Source of the DNA: Bacteroidota bacterium
GTDB lineage: Bacteria > Bacteroidota > Bacteroidia > NORP154
DNA length: 64,000 nucleotides
Direction of reading: 5' to 3'
Assembly (NCBI GenBank): GCA_022572355.1
Contig: JACZWC010000010.1
Span: forward strand, 16,851-80,850
Under the pieces are notes generated by a model. It made no database searches. It was not told the origin of the DNA and was given only the letters and a program-made list of their open reading frames with translations. Both the position numbers and the translations under genes were made by a program. Of the stretch, positions 55,264 to 64,000 are shown one piece after another (position 1 is the stretch's first letter; each line of letters begins with the position of its first letter).

Positions 55264-57590
55264 TTTATGTGTTGATGCACGGATACGTGTTCGTTAGATC
55301 CGGATGTTGATAGAGGAAATACTTTTAGTTTTATTAACTCCATAGTTTCTTTTCCCTCCACAATTTTATAAGCTGCATTCATAACTACCTTCTTGAAATT
55401 TTGTACGTTTTGTGAGCCCGCCCAGACAATTTGAATTTCGTCAAGAGACTTTGCATTACCTAATCCTATTTCCAACTGTAAGCTGGAAGATCCAAAGCTT
55501 CCCCCGGTAGAAACTACGTTATGGATATCTCTTTTGAGTCCATTTTGGCCGGTTACCGATATTTTTACACGAGATCCGATTGCAGAGCGGTTGCACCTTA
55601 CCCCTTCCAACTTGAGGGTAATCCATTTGTTACCATGGCCTGGATTATTAAACAATACATTTTGAAATGAATCTCCCTCATATGCGCCCCCCAATATTGT
55701 ATATATATCCTGGTCTCCATCATTATCTATATCCCCGAAAGATATACCGTGTCCTTTTTGTAAGTGCCCAAATCCACCAGAGGTAGTAACATCCTGAAAA
55801 TACTTACCACCTGCATTTCTAAACATTCGGTTGGGTATAAGGGTCTCAAAACTGGGGTCGCCAGTACCAGCATAAAAATCTTGAAATCCATCGTTATCCA
55901 GATCGCCAAAATTACAGCCCATAGCATAGATGATTTTGGTAAGATTGGATTGAGCTGTTACGTCTTCAAAAGTTCCATCTCCGTTATTTCGGTATAACCT
56001 GGGGAAGCCTCTGCCTGGTGAGAAACCAAGGTATTCTGATGTAATGTCAGCAGTGTTGGAATGATAGCTAGCTACAAAGATATCGAGCCAACCGTCATTG
56101 TTGTAATCCCAAAACCAGGTGGGGAAACTTCGATAAGGTTCTTTTACGTGAGCAGTTTCAGACACATCCGTAAAAGTCTGCACATCGGACCCATCTATTC
56201 CATTGTTTCGGAACAGTGTATTTGGTTTATCGAGAAAGGAAATATAAAGATCGACATATCCATCATTGTTATAGTCTCCCCAAGCTACTCCTTTAACGAA
56301 ACCAAATACATCCACGCCAACTTCTTTTGCGATATCTGTGAATGTTCCATTACCATTGTTGCGGAAGAGCTGGCATCGGTTCTTAATTCTTTGATTTACA
56401 TCAATGTCAAATTCAATAGCTTCGCTTCCGTAGTTAACAGACTCATTTCCAATAAATAAATCCAACCAACCGTCATTGTTATAATCTCCCCATGCGGCAG
56501 TTTGTGTAGGATAATAGGATAACAATCCAGCTTCATCAGTTACGTCGTCAAATGTTCCATCTCCATTGTTTTTTAATAGTGAATTAGGATGTTTACCAAT
56601 GTCATTTAGCCAAGCTCCTCGTAGAATAAAAATATCAGTATAACCATCATTATTGTAGTCAGCGTGAATCAAATTTAATCCTCCCACAATGCCTATAAGC
56701 CCGGCTTGTGTAGTATGATCAGAAAAGGTTCCATCTCCATTATTGTGGAAATAACGAAGTTGATCAGTGAGTCCCCATGAAGATGCAACAATATCCAAAT
56801 AACCATCCCCATCAAAATCTTCCATAATACTTCCTCCACAAAGTCCCCGAACATCTAGGCCCAAGCCTGGCGCAACATCATGAAACTTTTTAATATCATA
56901 TTCTGATTCAAAAGCGCCAGGATTAATTAACCATTTTTCAGGTACGCCTGTCGGATATTTCCCCAAGGTCATATAAGCAATATTTAAAAGCCATCTCAAT
57001 GTTGGATCTTCTGGATCTTCATTAAGTAAAGCGGTTAAATCCTTTACAGCCGCAAGGGATCCCCGCTGATTTTTATGGATTCCGCTTTTTTCAATGGGAA
57101 ATATACACGATTCTGTAGCGTGATTTAGGATGCAATTATCCTGTTCGCCAAGGCGCATATAGGATATGGCGATGAGCTGATTAAGTGATTTGATATTTTT
57201 ATAGCTAATATTAATTTTGTCTTGATCCCTTATTATTATGTTTCTTAAAGCGATAAGTTGATTTATAGCTTCTTCTGTTTCTCCTGCACGAAGTAATTCT
57301 AACCCTAATTTAAAATACAGACCCAATTTTTGACTTGGATCTGCTGTTCTTTCCAAACTTCTAAAGTAATTGACGCGCTCTCTGTTGGCATATTTATTTT
57401 TTTCGGGATAGCTTGCATTAGCCAATCCTTTCAGCAGATCAATCATGTGCAAGGTTCCGGCAGCTCTTTGGGGTCCTTCTGCATTTGCTTTTTCGGATTT
57501 TGTTGTATCCCCATGATTTTGCTTGTTGTTGCATGATGCAAATGCAAGTAACATGCCTGAAAAGAATAATATTATCGCTAAATTTTTCAT
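55260..57590 (-). CDS. CRTAC1-family lipoprotein: helical N-domain + FG-GAP/VCBS repeats + C-terminal ASPIC/UnbV domain
   Basis: Lipobox LLAFASC. Repeated DFDGDGYLDI, ADYNNDGYTDI, GDYNNDGWLDL, WDYNNDGWLDI, GDLDNDGFQDF and GDIDNDGDQDI with RNNGDGTF. C-terminal NKWITLKLEGVRCNRSAIGSRVKI...GGSFGSSS. ATG 57590 is preferred; the ORF track starts at GTG 57596. Confidence 0.8.
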   Translation of the reverse strand: MKNLAIILFFSGMLLAFASCNNKQNHGDTTKSEKANAEGPQRAAGTLHMIDLLKGLANASYPEKNKYANRERVNYFRSLERTADPSQKLGLYFKLGLELLRAGETEEAINQLIALRNIIIRDQDKINISYKNIKSLNQLIAISYMRLGEQDNCILNHATESCIFPIEKSGIHKNQRGSLAAVKDLTALLNEDPEDPTLRWLLNIAYMTLGKYPTGVPEKWLINPGAFESEYDIKKFHDVAPGLGLDVRGLCGGSIMEDFDGDGYLDIVASSWGLTDQLRYFHNNGDGTFSDHTTQAGLIGIVGGLNLIHADYNNDGYTDIFILRGAWLNDIGKHPNSLLKNNGDGTFDDVTDEAGLLSYYPTQTAAWGDYNNDGWLDLFIGNESVNYGSEAIEFDIDVNQRIKNRCQLFRNNGNGTFTDIAKEVGVDVFGFVKGVAWGDYNNDGYVDLYISFLDKPNTLFRNNGIDGSDVQTFTDVSETAHVKEPYRSFPTWFWDYNNDGWLDIFVASYHSNTADITSEYLGFSPGRGFPRLYRNNGDGTFEDVTAQSNLTKIIYAMGCNFGDLDNDGFQDFYAGTGDPSFETLIPNRMFRNAGGKYFQDVTTSGGFGHLQKGHGISFGDIDNDGDQDIYTILGGAYEGDSFQNVLFNNPGHGNKWITLKLEGVRCNRSAIGSRVKISVTGQNGLKRDIHNVVSTGGSFGSSSLQLEIGLGNAKSLDEIQIVWAGSQNVQNFKKVVMNAAYKIVEGKETMELIKLKVFPLSTSGSNEHVSVHQHIN

Positions 57591-57596
57591 TTTCAC

Positions 57597-60500
57597 CTAT
57601 CGCAGCTGAAACACCTGCATTTTGGCGTTGTTATTAGCAATCAATATTGACCACGATTTAGCATTAGGGGATTTGATGATTTTCATATCCTTCACATCGC
57701 CCGGAGCATAAAAACCGCTTTCTGATAATTTGATTGAAGTGAATTTGCCATTTGCTTGTCCCTTTAAGAAAAGACCGATACCAGCATCGCTTCTACCAGT
57801 TTCAACTTCAGGAGCATAGAAGTTTCCTGCCAGTAGGAGATCAAGGATATTGTCATTGTCGAAATCGTGGACTACTATGCCAAAAACGGAGGAAAACTGC
57901 GCTTCAACTGGCAGAGGCTCAATTGAAAAGCGTCCATTACCCAAATTCTCCAAAGAGATGGATTCGAACATCTTGGCTGCGTAATGTAGCGCCTCATCTA
58001 GTTTATTTCCATAAACTTCATAAACTGAAGCTTCTCCAAATGATCTGTATGTCTGAAATTTATTGTTTAAAAAGGGCATTTGGTCAGATGAACAATCTTT
58101 TCCACGTACAGGATAACAAATTCCCTTATTATAATATGCTAAAACTATATCCAAAGAGCCATTGGCATCAAAATCGTTACAGTAAACATGCAATGGTTCG
58201 GCTTCAGATGCTTTAAACTTTGAGTTTAATCCCAAATTACCAGCTATGTAATCCATATCACCGTCATTGTCAAAATCCCCGGCGGTAATGCTATTCCACC
58301 AGCCGGTGGTATTATCTAAGTTTAAGCTAGCGGTGACGTTCTCAAATTTTCCGTTGTTATTTTTATAAAAACTAATGGGCATCCATTCACCAACCACTAT
58401 CAAATCCATGCTTCCATTTTGGTCAAAGTCAGTCCACAATGCATCGGTTACCATACCAATATTAGTAAGAGTAGGTGCCAGCCTTTCAGTAATATCTTTG
58501 AACGTTCCATTACTATTTTGAAGCAAATAACTTCTTGGTGGGAAGGGGTATTTACCCGGAATCAGCCGCCCGCCTACAAATAAATCTAAGTCACCATCCT
58601 CATCAAAGTCGGCGGAAATCACACAGGATCCACTGGTTAACATCGAGGGCAGATTAGTTGTAGTTTTTTGAAAAATCCCACTACCATCGTTTAGATACAG
58701 CCTATCCTGAAGGTAGGATGAATTGAGTTCAAACTCATTTCCACCGCTCACCACATATAAGTCTAAATCACCATCACCATCAGAATCAAAGAACAAGGCA
58801 CCCATGTCCTCGCAAACTTTGTCTTTTTCCCAAGGTTGGCTGTTGGATAAGGTAAAAGTTCCATTCATATTCTGGATGTACATTGCTCCCGAAGAGCCCG
58901 AAGCCCCACCAATAAAGAAGTCCTCCACATTGTCACCATTCACATCACCAATCGCTATTTTAGGCCCATTCTGCGAAAGTTTGTGAGGTAGCAATTTCTC
59001 TCTGGCAAAGTCATCATAGACATTTTCTTTATGCGTAAAAGTAAAACCGGCCTCATCGGTTGTTTCTTTAAATAAGGTGACTTGCCGTACAGGCGCAACA
59101 ACTTCGATGTCAGATGCATTTTTTTGATAGATGGTTAGAAGGCGGTTAACGGGTATATCCATTAAGATCTCTACTTTGCCATCCGGCCATTCAATCTTTA
59201 TTTCATCTATGATTTTGATGCTTGCTAAACCAAAGTGAATAATTTGATCAACTGAGGATTGGAATCCACGGGTTAAGGTAAGTTCCTGGAATTGTGTTTG
59301 TCCACTATTCACTAGTGTTATTTTGGCGCCAATACCATTAACAATTCGATCGCCTCTTAATCTTATTTGGATGTAGTTGTTTTTATTTTTTTGCCGGCTA
59401 TTGTTCTCAAAAATTGAAGCAGTATCCTCTAAATTATTTACGACCAGGTCTAAATCTCCATCTAGATCCAAATCAGCATAGGCAGCACCATTTGAAAAGT
59501 TTGGAAAGTTCATTCCCCATTCCACTATTTTTTTTGTAAAGGTGAGATTGCCGTTGTTTTTAAATATGTAATTGCTCAACTTTTTTAACGGGGCCATTTC
59601 GTTGGCCTGTTTATAGTTCAGCCTTCCGTGTCTCTTTTGAAAATCTCCTGTCGTTTTTGTAAAGTCGTTATCCCGCATATCTCTTCTAACACCGTTAGTA
59701 ATGAACAAATCTTTAAAACCATCGTTATCAAAATCTGCAAACAGCGCTGACCAGCTCCAATCTGTCTTAGAGGTTCCCGCCAATTGACTTATTTCACTGA
59801 AAGTCCCGTTACCATTATTTAGCTGTAAAGTGTTTCTCATATTTTGATGATGGTAGCCAATATTAACCAATCTCCAATAGTTGGTGGGATTCATAGAAGG
59901 CATATTGGTTTTTTGTCTTAAGTTATCCTCTGCCATCATCTCTACAACAGTGAGGTCTAACAATCCATCGTTGTTGATGTCTGCTATATCACATCCCATG
60001 CTTGACTGGGAAACGTTTTTAAAAGCAGTCTGTAATTTATCGGTAAAGGTGCCGTCCTGATTGTTTAAGTAAAAAAAGTCAGGTTCTTCAAAGTCATTGG
60101 CCACATAAATATCTGGCCAGCCATCATTATTCAAGTCACCGATTGTTGCGCTTAAACCGAAGCCATAGTTAAAAATCCCAGCGGATTTTGATATTTCAGT
60201 AAAAGTCCCGTCGTTATTATTTCTGTAGAGCTTATCTCGTTCAAAGTTATTAGGCGACAATCTTTTGTTATACCTCTCCTTGTTAAAATCTCCAAAGTCA
60301 ATGGGATGATTTACGAGGTACATGTCTAAGTCACCGTCCAGATCATAATCAAAAAAATTTGCCTGCGTAGAATATCCATTGTCATTTAATCCATAGGCGC
60401 GGGCATGTTCACTAAATGTTAGATCACCATTGTTAATATAGAGAAGATTTTCCCTCATGTCCGGGTTGTTAATATTGTAGGATCTGCAAACATATATATC

Positions 60501-60953
60501 TAAATAACCATCATTGTTTATATCTACCATTGTTGTGCCAGTACGCCAACCTCCTTTTCCCTCTACACCAGCCAGCTCCGTAATATCTTTGAATTTCATG
60601 CCGCCCAGATTCAGATATAATTTGTTTGCGACTTGGTTGCCGGTAAAATATAGATCTGGTAAACTATCATTATTAATATCACCTACTGATACACCTCCTC
60701 CATTATAGAAATACATGTATGTGTAGTAGTTATTGATGTCACTTTCAAACAGATTATTAGAAAAAGAAACACCTGTTTGTTTCGAAGTTAAAAGTGTAAA
60801 TAACTTACTCGTCACAGATTGAACTTGAGTGCCTGGAAGCAAGTCTGTTTCCTTCTGTTCAGTCTCAGGATTGCAGCCTAATACTGCTATTACAGTAGAA
60901 ATGAGAGCCAAATTGGATGCCGAATTTCGGGGTTTAGGAGTGGTAAAGCACAT
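57597..60953 (-). CDS. VCBS/FG-GAP repeat protein (1118 aa) with central ASPIC/UnbV domain, lipoprotein
   Basis: VLGC lipobox. Two blocks of FG-GAP repeats (GDINNDSLPDL, VDINNDGYLDI, FDYDLDGDLDM, GDLNNDGWPDI ... FDSDGDGDLDL, ADFDEDGDLDL, GDFDNDGDMDY, HDFDNDNILDL). They are separated by NYIQIRLRGDRIVNGIGAKITL...TRGFQSS. Confidence 0.8.
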   Translation of the reverse strand: MCFTTPKPRNSASNLALISTVIAVLGCNPETEQKETDLLPGTQVQSVTSKLFTLLTSKQTGVSFSNNLFESDINNYYTYMYFYNGGGVSVGDINNDSLPDLYFTGNQVANKLYLNLGGMKFKDITELAGVEGKGGWRTGTTMVDINNDGYLDIYVCRSYNINNPDMRENLLYINNGDLTFSEHARAYGLNDNGYSTQANFFDYDLDGDLDMYLVNHPIDFGDFNKERYNKRLSPNNFERDKLYRNNNDGTFTEISKSAGIFNYGFGLSATIGDLNNDGWPDIYVANDFEEPDFFYLNNQDGTFTDKLQTAFKNVSQSSMGCDIADINNDGLLDLTVVEMMAEDNLRQKTNMPSMNPTNYWRLVNIGYHHQNMRNTLQLNNGNGTFSEISQLAGTSKTDWSWSALFADFDNDGFKDLFITNGVRRDMRDNDFTKTTGDFQKRHGRLNYKQANEMAPLKKLSNYIFKNNGNLTFTKKIVEWGMNFPNFSNGAAYADLDLDGDLDLVVNNLEDTASIFENNSRQKNKNNYIQIRLRGDRIVNGIGAKITLVNSGQTQFQELTLTRGFQSSVDQIIHFGLASIKIIDEIKIEWPDGKVEILMDIPVNRLLTIYQKNASDIEVVAPVRQVTLFKETTDEAGFTFTHKENVYDDFAREKLLPHKLSQNGPKIAIGDVNGDNVEDFFIGGASGSSGAMYIQNMNGTFTLSNSQPWEKDKVCEDMGALFFDSDGDGDLDLYVVSGGNEFELNSSYLQDRLYLNDGSGIFQKTTTNLPSMLTSGSCVISADFDEDGDLDLFVGGRLIPGKYPFPPRSYLLQNSNGTFKDITERLAPTLTNIGMVTDALWTDFDQNGSMDLIVVGEWMPISFYKNNNGKFENVTASLNLDNTTGWWNSITAGDFDNDGDMDYIAGNLGLNSKFKASEAEPLHVYCNDFDANGSLDIVLAYYNKGICYPVRGKDCSSDQMPFLNNKFQTYRSFGEASVYEVYGNKLDEALHYAAKMFESISLENLGNGRFSIEPLPVEAQFSSVFGIVVHDFDNDNILDLLLAGNFYAPEVETGRSDAGIGLFLKGQANGKFTSIKLSESGFYAPGDVKDMKIIKSPNAKSWSILIANNNAKMQVFQLR

Positions 60954-61012
60954 CAGTATTAAATCTGGTTATTTATTAAAAAATACCTCCTCAGAGTAAT
61001 ATTCTTCATCTG

Positions 61013-62575
61013 TTACTTGAAAAGTGGTGTACCGTCTTTTAGAAAATACCTGGTGTAGGATTTAGTGTACTCATCCCTCCAAATTCTTGCAGCGCTAATA
61101 TTATAATATTCCAATATTGGTTTATCATCTGTCAGTACTGCAGAGTGGTTTGGGTCAAATTTATCTGTATCCAAAAATTTGGTTTGAATGTCTATGGGCA
61201 TGTTCTTTTCGGTTAACGGATAGTTAATAGCGCTGAGATCGGTGCTGTTAGAAAGTGTTCCAATAAATAAATGGTTGCTGTATTTTTCTTCCTTTCCAGT
61301 GCTTAATATATGAACTATGTATCCAGCGGCTTTGATCGTTTGATATAAAGATCTCCCGCCATCTCCGGCATTTCCAACTTTGAAGCCATTAAAATTTACT
61401 ATTATCATTCCATCTGGATTTAGAATTGATTTTGCTTTTGTAAAAGACTCTAATGACAGGGCATGTGATGGTACATTTTCACCCTTCCACAAGTCAAATA
61501 CTATAAGCTGATATTTTTTATTCGTCTTTTCAATAAAATGCCTGGCGTCATCAATGATTACGTGGACATTATTACTCAATGAAAAAAAACGTTTTGCTAC
61601 CTCAGCAATTCTTGCATCAAATTCAACTGCATCTACCTTGTGCATTAATTTACCCTCCAATTGATTTGCCAGAGTTCCACCACCTAATCCAAGTAGAAGA
61701 ACTTCTGAGTTCAATGGTAAAACGCTTGCTACTGCAATGATATAATCTATATAGTGGGAAATAGACCTACCCGTATTTAAGTTAACACCTGTTTGTCCCA
61801 TTCTATTCACGAACAATAGCCGATTTGTTTGTTCAAATTCAGTAATATCTGAGACTATTACTTGGCCCAATAATCCCTCTGAGTGATAAAGTAATTTTAC
61901 CTGTGAAGAGACCTGGTTTTCATGCTTTAATGAAGAGAATGCAATTACAAGTGGAATGAAGAATGCCAAAGAAAACACTTTGCTTTTTGTTATTAAAAGC
62001 AAAAAGGCGACTGATCCTGGGATGAGGCCAAGGATAACCGTGGGAAGCGTTACTCCGAAATGAGGAATAATAACAAAACCGGTAAGGATAACGCTGGAGA
62101 TAGCTCCGAGTGTAGATATGAAGTATATGGTACCAGTTGCTTTCCCAGGCTCATTATCAGTTTTGGTCCAAAACTGAATTAAGAAAGAAGGAACTATTCC
62201 AAGAAATAATATGGAGGGAAGTAAGATTGCTATACTGCCAATGATGATACCTGCTATAGGATCAAATTCTACAAGATTAGGCAATGTATAATTGGAAATA
62301 GTAGGCGTAAGTAAAATATACATGGATGAAAGTAATACAGTCCAGTACAAAGAACTTTTTCCAATATCTTTTTGGGTCAGAACACCGCCGATCAAGTAAC
62401 CCAATGCCAAACTTAACAGCGTGATACCTGCTGTGGCACCCCACGCGAAAAGAGATGAGCCAAAAAAAGGAATTAGCATGTTGGCAGCAATTAATTGAAT
62501 AGCCATTACTGTTGCTCCTTCCAAAAAGGCAAAAATGGAATACAGGGTTTTATCTGGCAAATTACTTCTCAACAT
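61013..62575 (-). CDS. Fused polytopic-membrane / spermidine-synthase-like (SpeE-fold) protein, paralogue 2
   Basis: Same architecture as 53710..55263 (FAFLEGATVMAIQL..., VLLLGLGGGTLANQL, QLIVFDLWKGENVPSHALSLESF). First gene of the minus-strand operon 62575 to 55260. Confidence 0.75.
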   Translation of the reverse strand: MLRSNLPDKTLYSIFAFLEGATVMAIQLIAANMLIPFFGSSLFAWGATAGITLLSLALGYLIGGVLTQKDIGKSSLYWTVLLSSMYILLTPTISNYTLPNLVEFDPIAGIIIGSIAILLPSILFLGIVPSFLIQFWTKTDNEPGKATGTIYFISTLGAISSVILTGFVIIPHFGVTLPTVILGLIPGSVAFLLLITKSKVFSLAFFIPLVIAFSSLKHENQVSSQVKLLYHSEGLLGQVIVSDITEFEQTNRLLFVNRMGQTGVNLNTGRSISHYIDYIIAVASVLPLNSEVLLLGLGGGTLANQLEGKLMHKVDAVEFDARIAEVAKRFFSLSNNVHVIIDDARHFIEKTNKKYQLIVFDLWKGENVPSHALSLESFTKAKSILNPDGMIIVNFNGFKVGNAGDGGRSLYQTIKAAGYIVHILSTGKEEKYSNHLFIGTLSNSTDLSAINYPLTEKNMPIDIQTKFLDTDKFDPNHSAVLTDDKPILEYYNISAARIWRDEYTKSYTRYFLKDGTPLFK

Positions 62576-62717
62576 TGTGTACTAAGGAAATTTGAAATTC
62601 AAAATAATCTTTTAGGTTCAATTGGTTTAGATTGAGTTATATGAAATTGAAGTAAATCTTTATTACTTTGACTTTATGAACATACTTTAAAGTAAGCGAA
62701 TAAATATAAGTTATTAC

Positions 62718-64000
62718 GTGGGGCTGCTAGTAGCATATAAAGATAGAAGAGACTTGTGGATCTTATTGATCGTTATTTTGGTGACTGTTGTTACTTTATT
62801 GCCTTCGGTTGACAATCAGTTCACTAATTGGGACGACAATAAATATGTAGTCGAGAATAACCTGATTAGAAACCTTTCCCCGAGCGGAGTAAAGGACATC
62901 TTCAGCTCTTTTTTATTGGGGAACTACCATCCAATCACCGTTTTGAGTTATGCGCTGGAGTATAAGATTTTTGGCTTGGATCCATTTTATTATCATCTGA
63001 CCAATTTATTACTTCACTTATTGAATACGGTGTTGGTGTTTTGGTTGGTGGTTAAGCTCTGTGGACCTCCCCCCACCTTCGCTGAGGCTACGGCGGACAA
63101 GCCCGACCCCCTCCTCAATAAGGAGGGGGAGGGCTTACGCTCGGCAAATCCCCTAAAGACGTCTGTTTTGAGTATCAGTAATGAAGGCCTATTCATAGCG
63201 GGTTTTACAGCCTTGCTGTTTGGTATTCATCCTTTGCACGTGGAGCCGGTTGCGTGGATATCGGGTAGAAAGGAACTCTTGTATTCAGCATTTTTTTTGG
63301 CGGCGCTGCTCTCTTATATTAATTATATAAGACAGCCAGGCTTTTATCAACAACCGGGGAGAAGATATTATATATATGTGTGCGTATTTTTCGTACTCGC
63401 TTGTTTGTCTAAGGCCACAGCAGTTGTGTTACCTGTTCTCCTGTTCGCATTTGATTATTTTTTGGGTAGAAGAATAGATCGGAGCGCACTACTCGAGAAG
63501 CTTCCTTTATTTGCACTGTCAATATTATTCGGGGTGACGGCCATTTTCGCGCAGCAGTCATTCGACGCTTTTCACGCGATTAATACCTACTCCATTTTTG
63601 AACGCATACTGTTTTCGAGTTACGGGCTCTTGTCCTATTTGACCAGTTTAATTTTCCCAGTAGGCCTGTCTTGCTTTTATCCGTATCCGGAAAAAACCGA
63701 AGGCATGTACCCGCAGATTATATATTTTTCTCCTCTTATAATTGGATATCTCGGCTTCGTACTGGTGAAATACTTCAGGAATAACAGCACCGTAATTTTT
63801 GGCAGCTTGTTTTTTGTCATCTGCATCTTTCCCGTAATTCAACTGATACCGTTTGGCGAGTCGTTGGTAGCTGATAGATACACCTACCTTCCCTATGTGG
63901 GTTTGTTCTTTGTTCTGGGAAATGGTTTTTCAATTGTTTTGTTCAATAAGAAGCAGGTCTCATTTGCAATAAAAACAGTAATGGCAGTGGCATTGGCTAC
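62718..64000 (+). CDS. GT-C (PMT_2/ArnT-like, DUF1736-type) polytopic membrane glycosyltransferase, N-terminal part (runs off the window end)
   Basis: Absent from the ORF track because it has no stop in the window. My translation from GTG 62718 is open to 64000: ...NQFTNWDDNKYVVENNLIRNL...GNYHPITVLSYALEYKIFGLDPFYYHLTNLLLHLLNTVLVFWLV...FIAGFTALLFGIHPLHVEPVAWISGRKELLYSAFFLAALLSY...LSKATAVVLPVLL. This is the typical N-terminus of bacterial PMT-like proteins that usually end in TPR repeats. Confidence 0.7.
   Translation, partial: MGLLVAYKDRRDLWILLIVILVTVVTLLPSVDNQFTNWDDNKYVVENNLIRNLSPSGVKDIFSSFLLGNYHPITVLSYALEYKIFGLDPFYYHLTNLLLHLLNTVLVFWLVVKLCGPPPTFAEATADKPDPLLNKEGEGLRSANPLKTSVLSISNEGLFIAGFTALLFGIHPLHVEPVAWISGRKELLYSAFFLAALLSYINYIRQPGFYQQPGRRYYIYVCVFFVLACLSKATAVVLPVLLFAFDYFLGRRIDRSALLEKLPLFALSILFGVTAIFAQQSFDAFHAINTYSIFERILFSSYGLLSYLTSLIFPVGLSCFYPYPEKTEGMYPQIIYFSPLIIGYLGFVLVKYFRNNSTVIFGSLFFVICIFPVIQLIPFGESLVADRYTYLPYVGLFFVLGNGFSIVLFNKKQVSFAIKTVMAVALA
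63060..63165. repeat. GC-rich palindromic mini-element inserted in frame inside the PMT-like CDS
   Basis: Sharp local GC rise. Perfect hairpin ccccctcct-caata-aggaggggg at 63107-63129. The segment 63076-63099 matches the intergenic element core 8104-8127 at 20/24 positions. The host reading frame stays open (CGPPPTFAEATADKPDPLLNKEGEGLRSANPLKT). Confidence 0.6.

Noticed and set aside
63014-63196. 60-aa minus-strand ORF (…SLLRRGSGLSAVASAKVGGGPQ…)
   Set aside because: It is the antisense reading of the GC-rich palindromic element embedded in the PMT-like gene. The + strand frame is continuous with conserved flanking protein sequence.

Overview
The window looks like a chromosomal segment of a Bacteroidota genome. 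GC is roughly 40% by eye, and it carries T9SS C-terminal sorting domains, a Na+-NQR operon, a DUF5103/T9SS-plug-like gene and OstA-like genes. I cannot name the species.

Positions 1-37 kb are mostly housekeeping. They hold an LptD-like fragment, an amidase, MlaD, a split HdrD-like Fe-S pair, a Kv-type K+ channel and an OstA-like protein. They also hold a BadF-type sugar kinase, TrkH, an RfaE-like kinase, an aminotransferase, a barrel-only methylmalonyl-CoA mutase and an S9 peptidase. The remainder is peroxiredoxin plus KatG, MazG, a PagL-like hydrolase, a GIN-domain lipoprotein, nqrABCDEF-apbE with a convergent NqrM-like gene, ApaG, PruA, a GT4 glycosyltransferase and an FtsB-like protein.

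Positions 37-53 kb look accessory. They contain an output-less propeller/Y_Y_Y sensor, a small His-rich secreted protein and three very large secreted multidomain proteins. Two of the three end in T9SS type-A sorting domains.

Positions 53.7-64 kb hold two paralogous membrane-fused spermidine-synthase-like proteins in inverted orientation. They bracket two FG-GAP/ASPIC (CRTAC1-like) lipoproteins and sit next to a GT-C/PMT-like membrane glycosyltransferase that runs off the window end.

I recognise no rRNA, tRNA, CRISPR array, transposase, integrase, phage, reverse transcriptase, restriction or classical defence gene.

Three things stand out:
- A set of short GC-rich or 'word-based' palindromic intergenic elements. 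One is inserted in frame in a coding gene, and an inverted pair brackets trkH.
- The T9SS cargo island.
- The SpeE-like / FG-GAP / PMT-like cluster, which is my best candidate for an undescribed surface-modification module. This is inference only.
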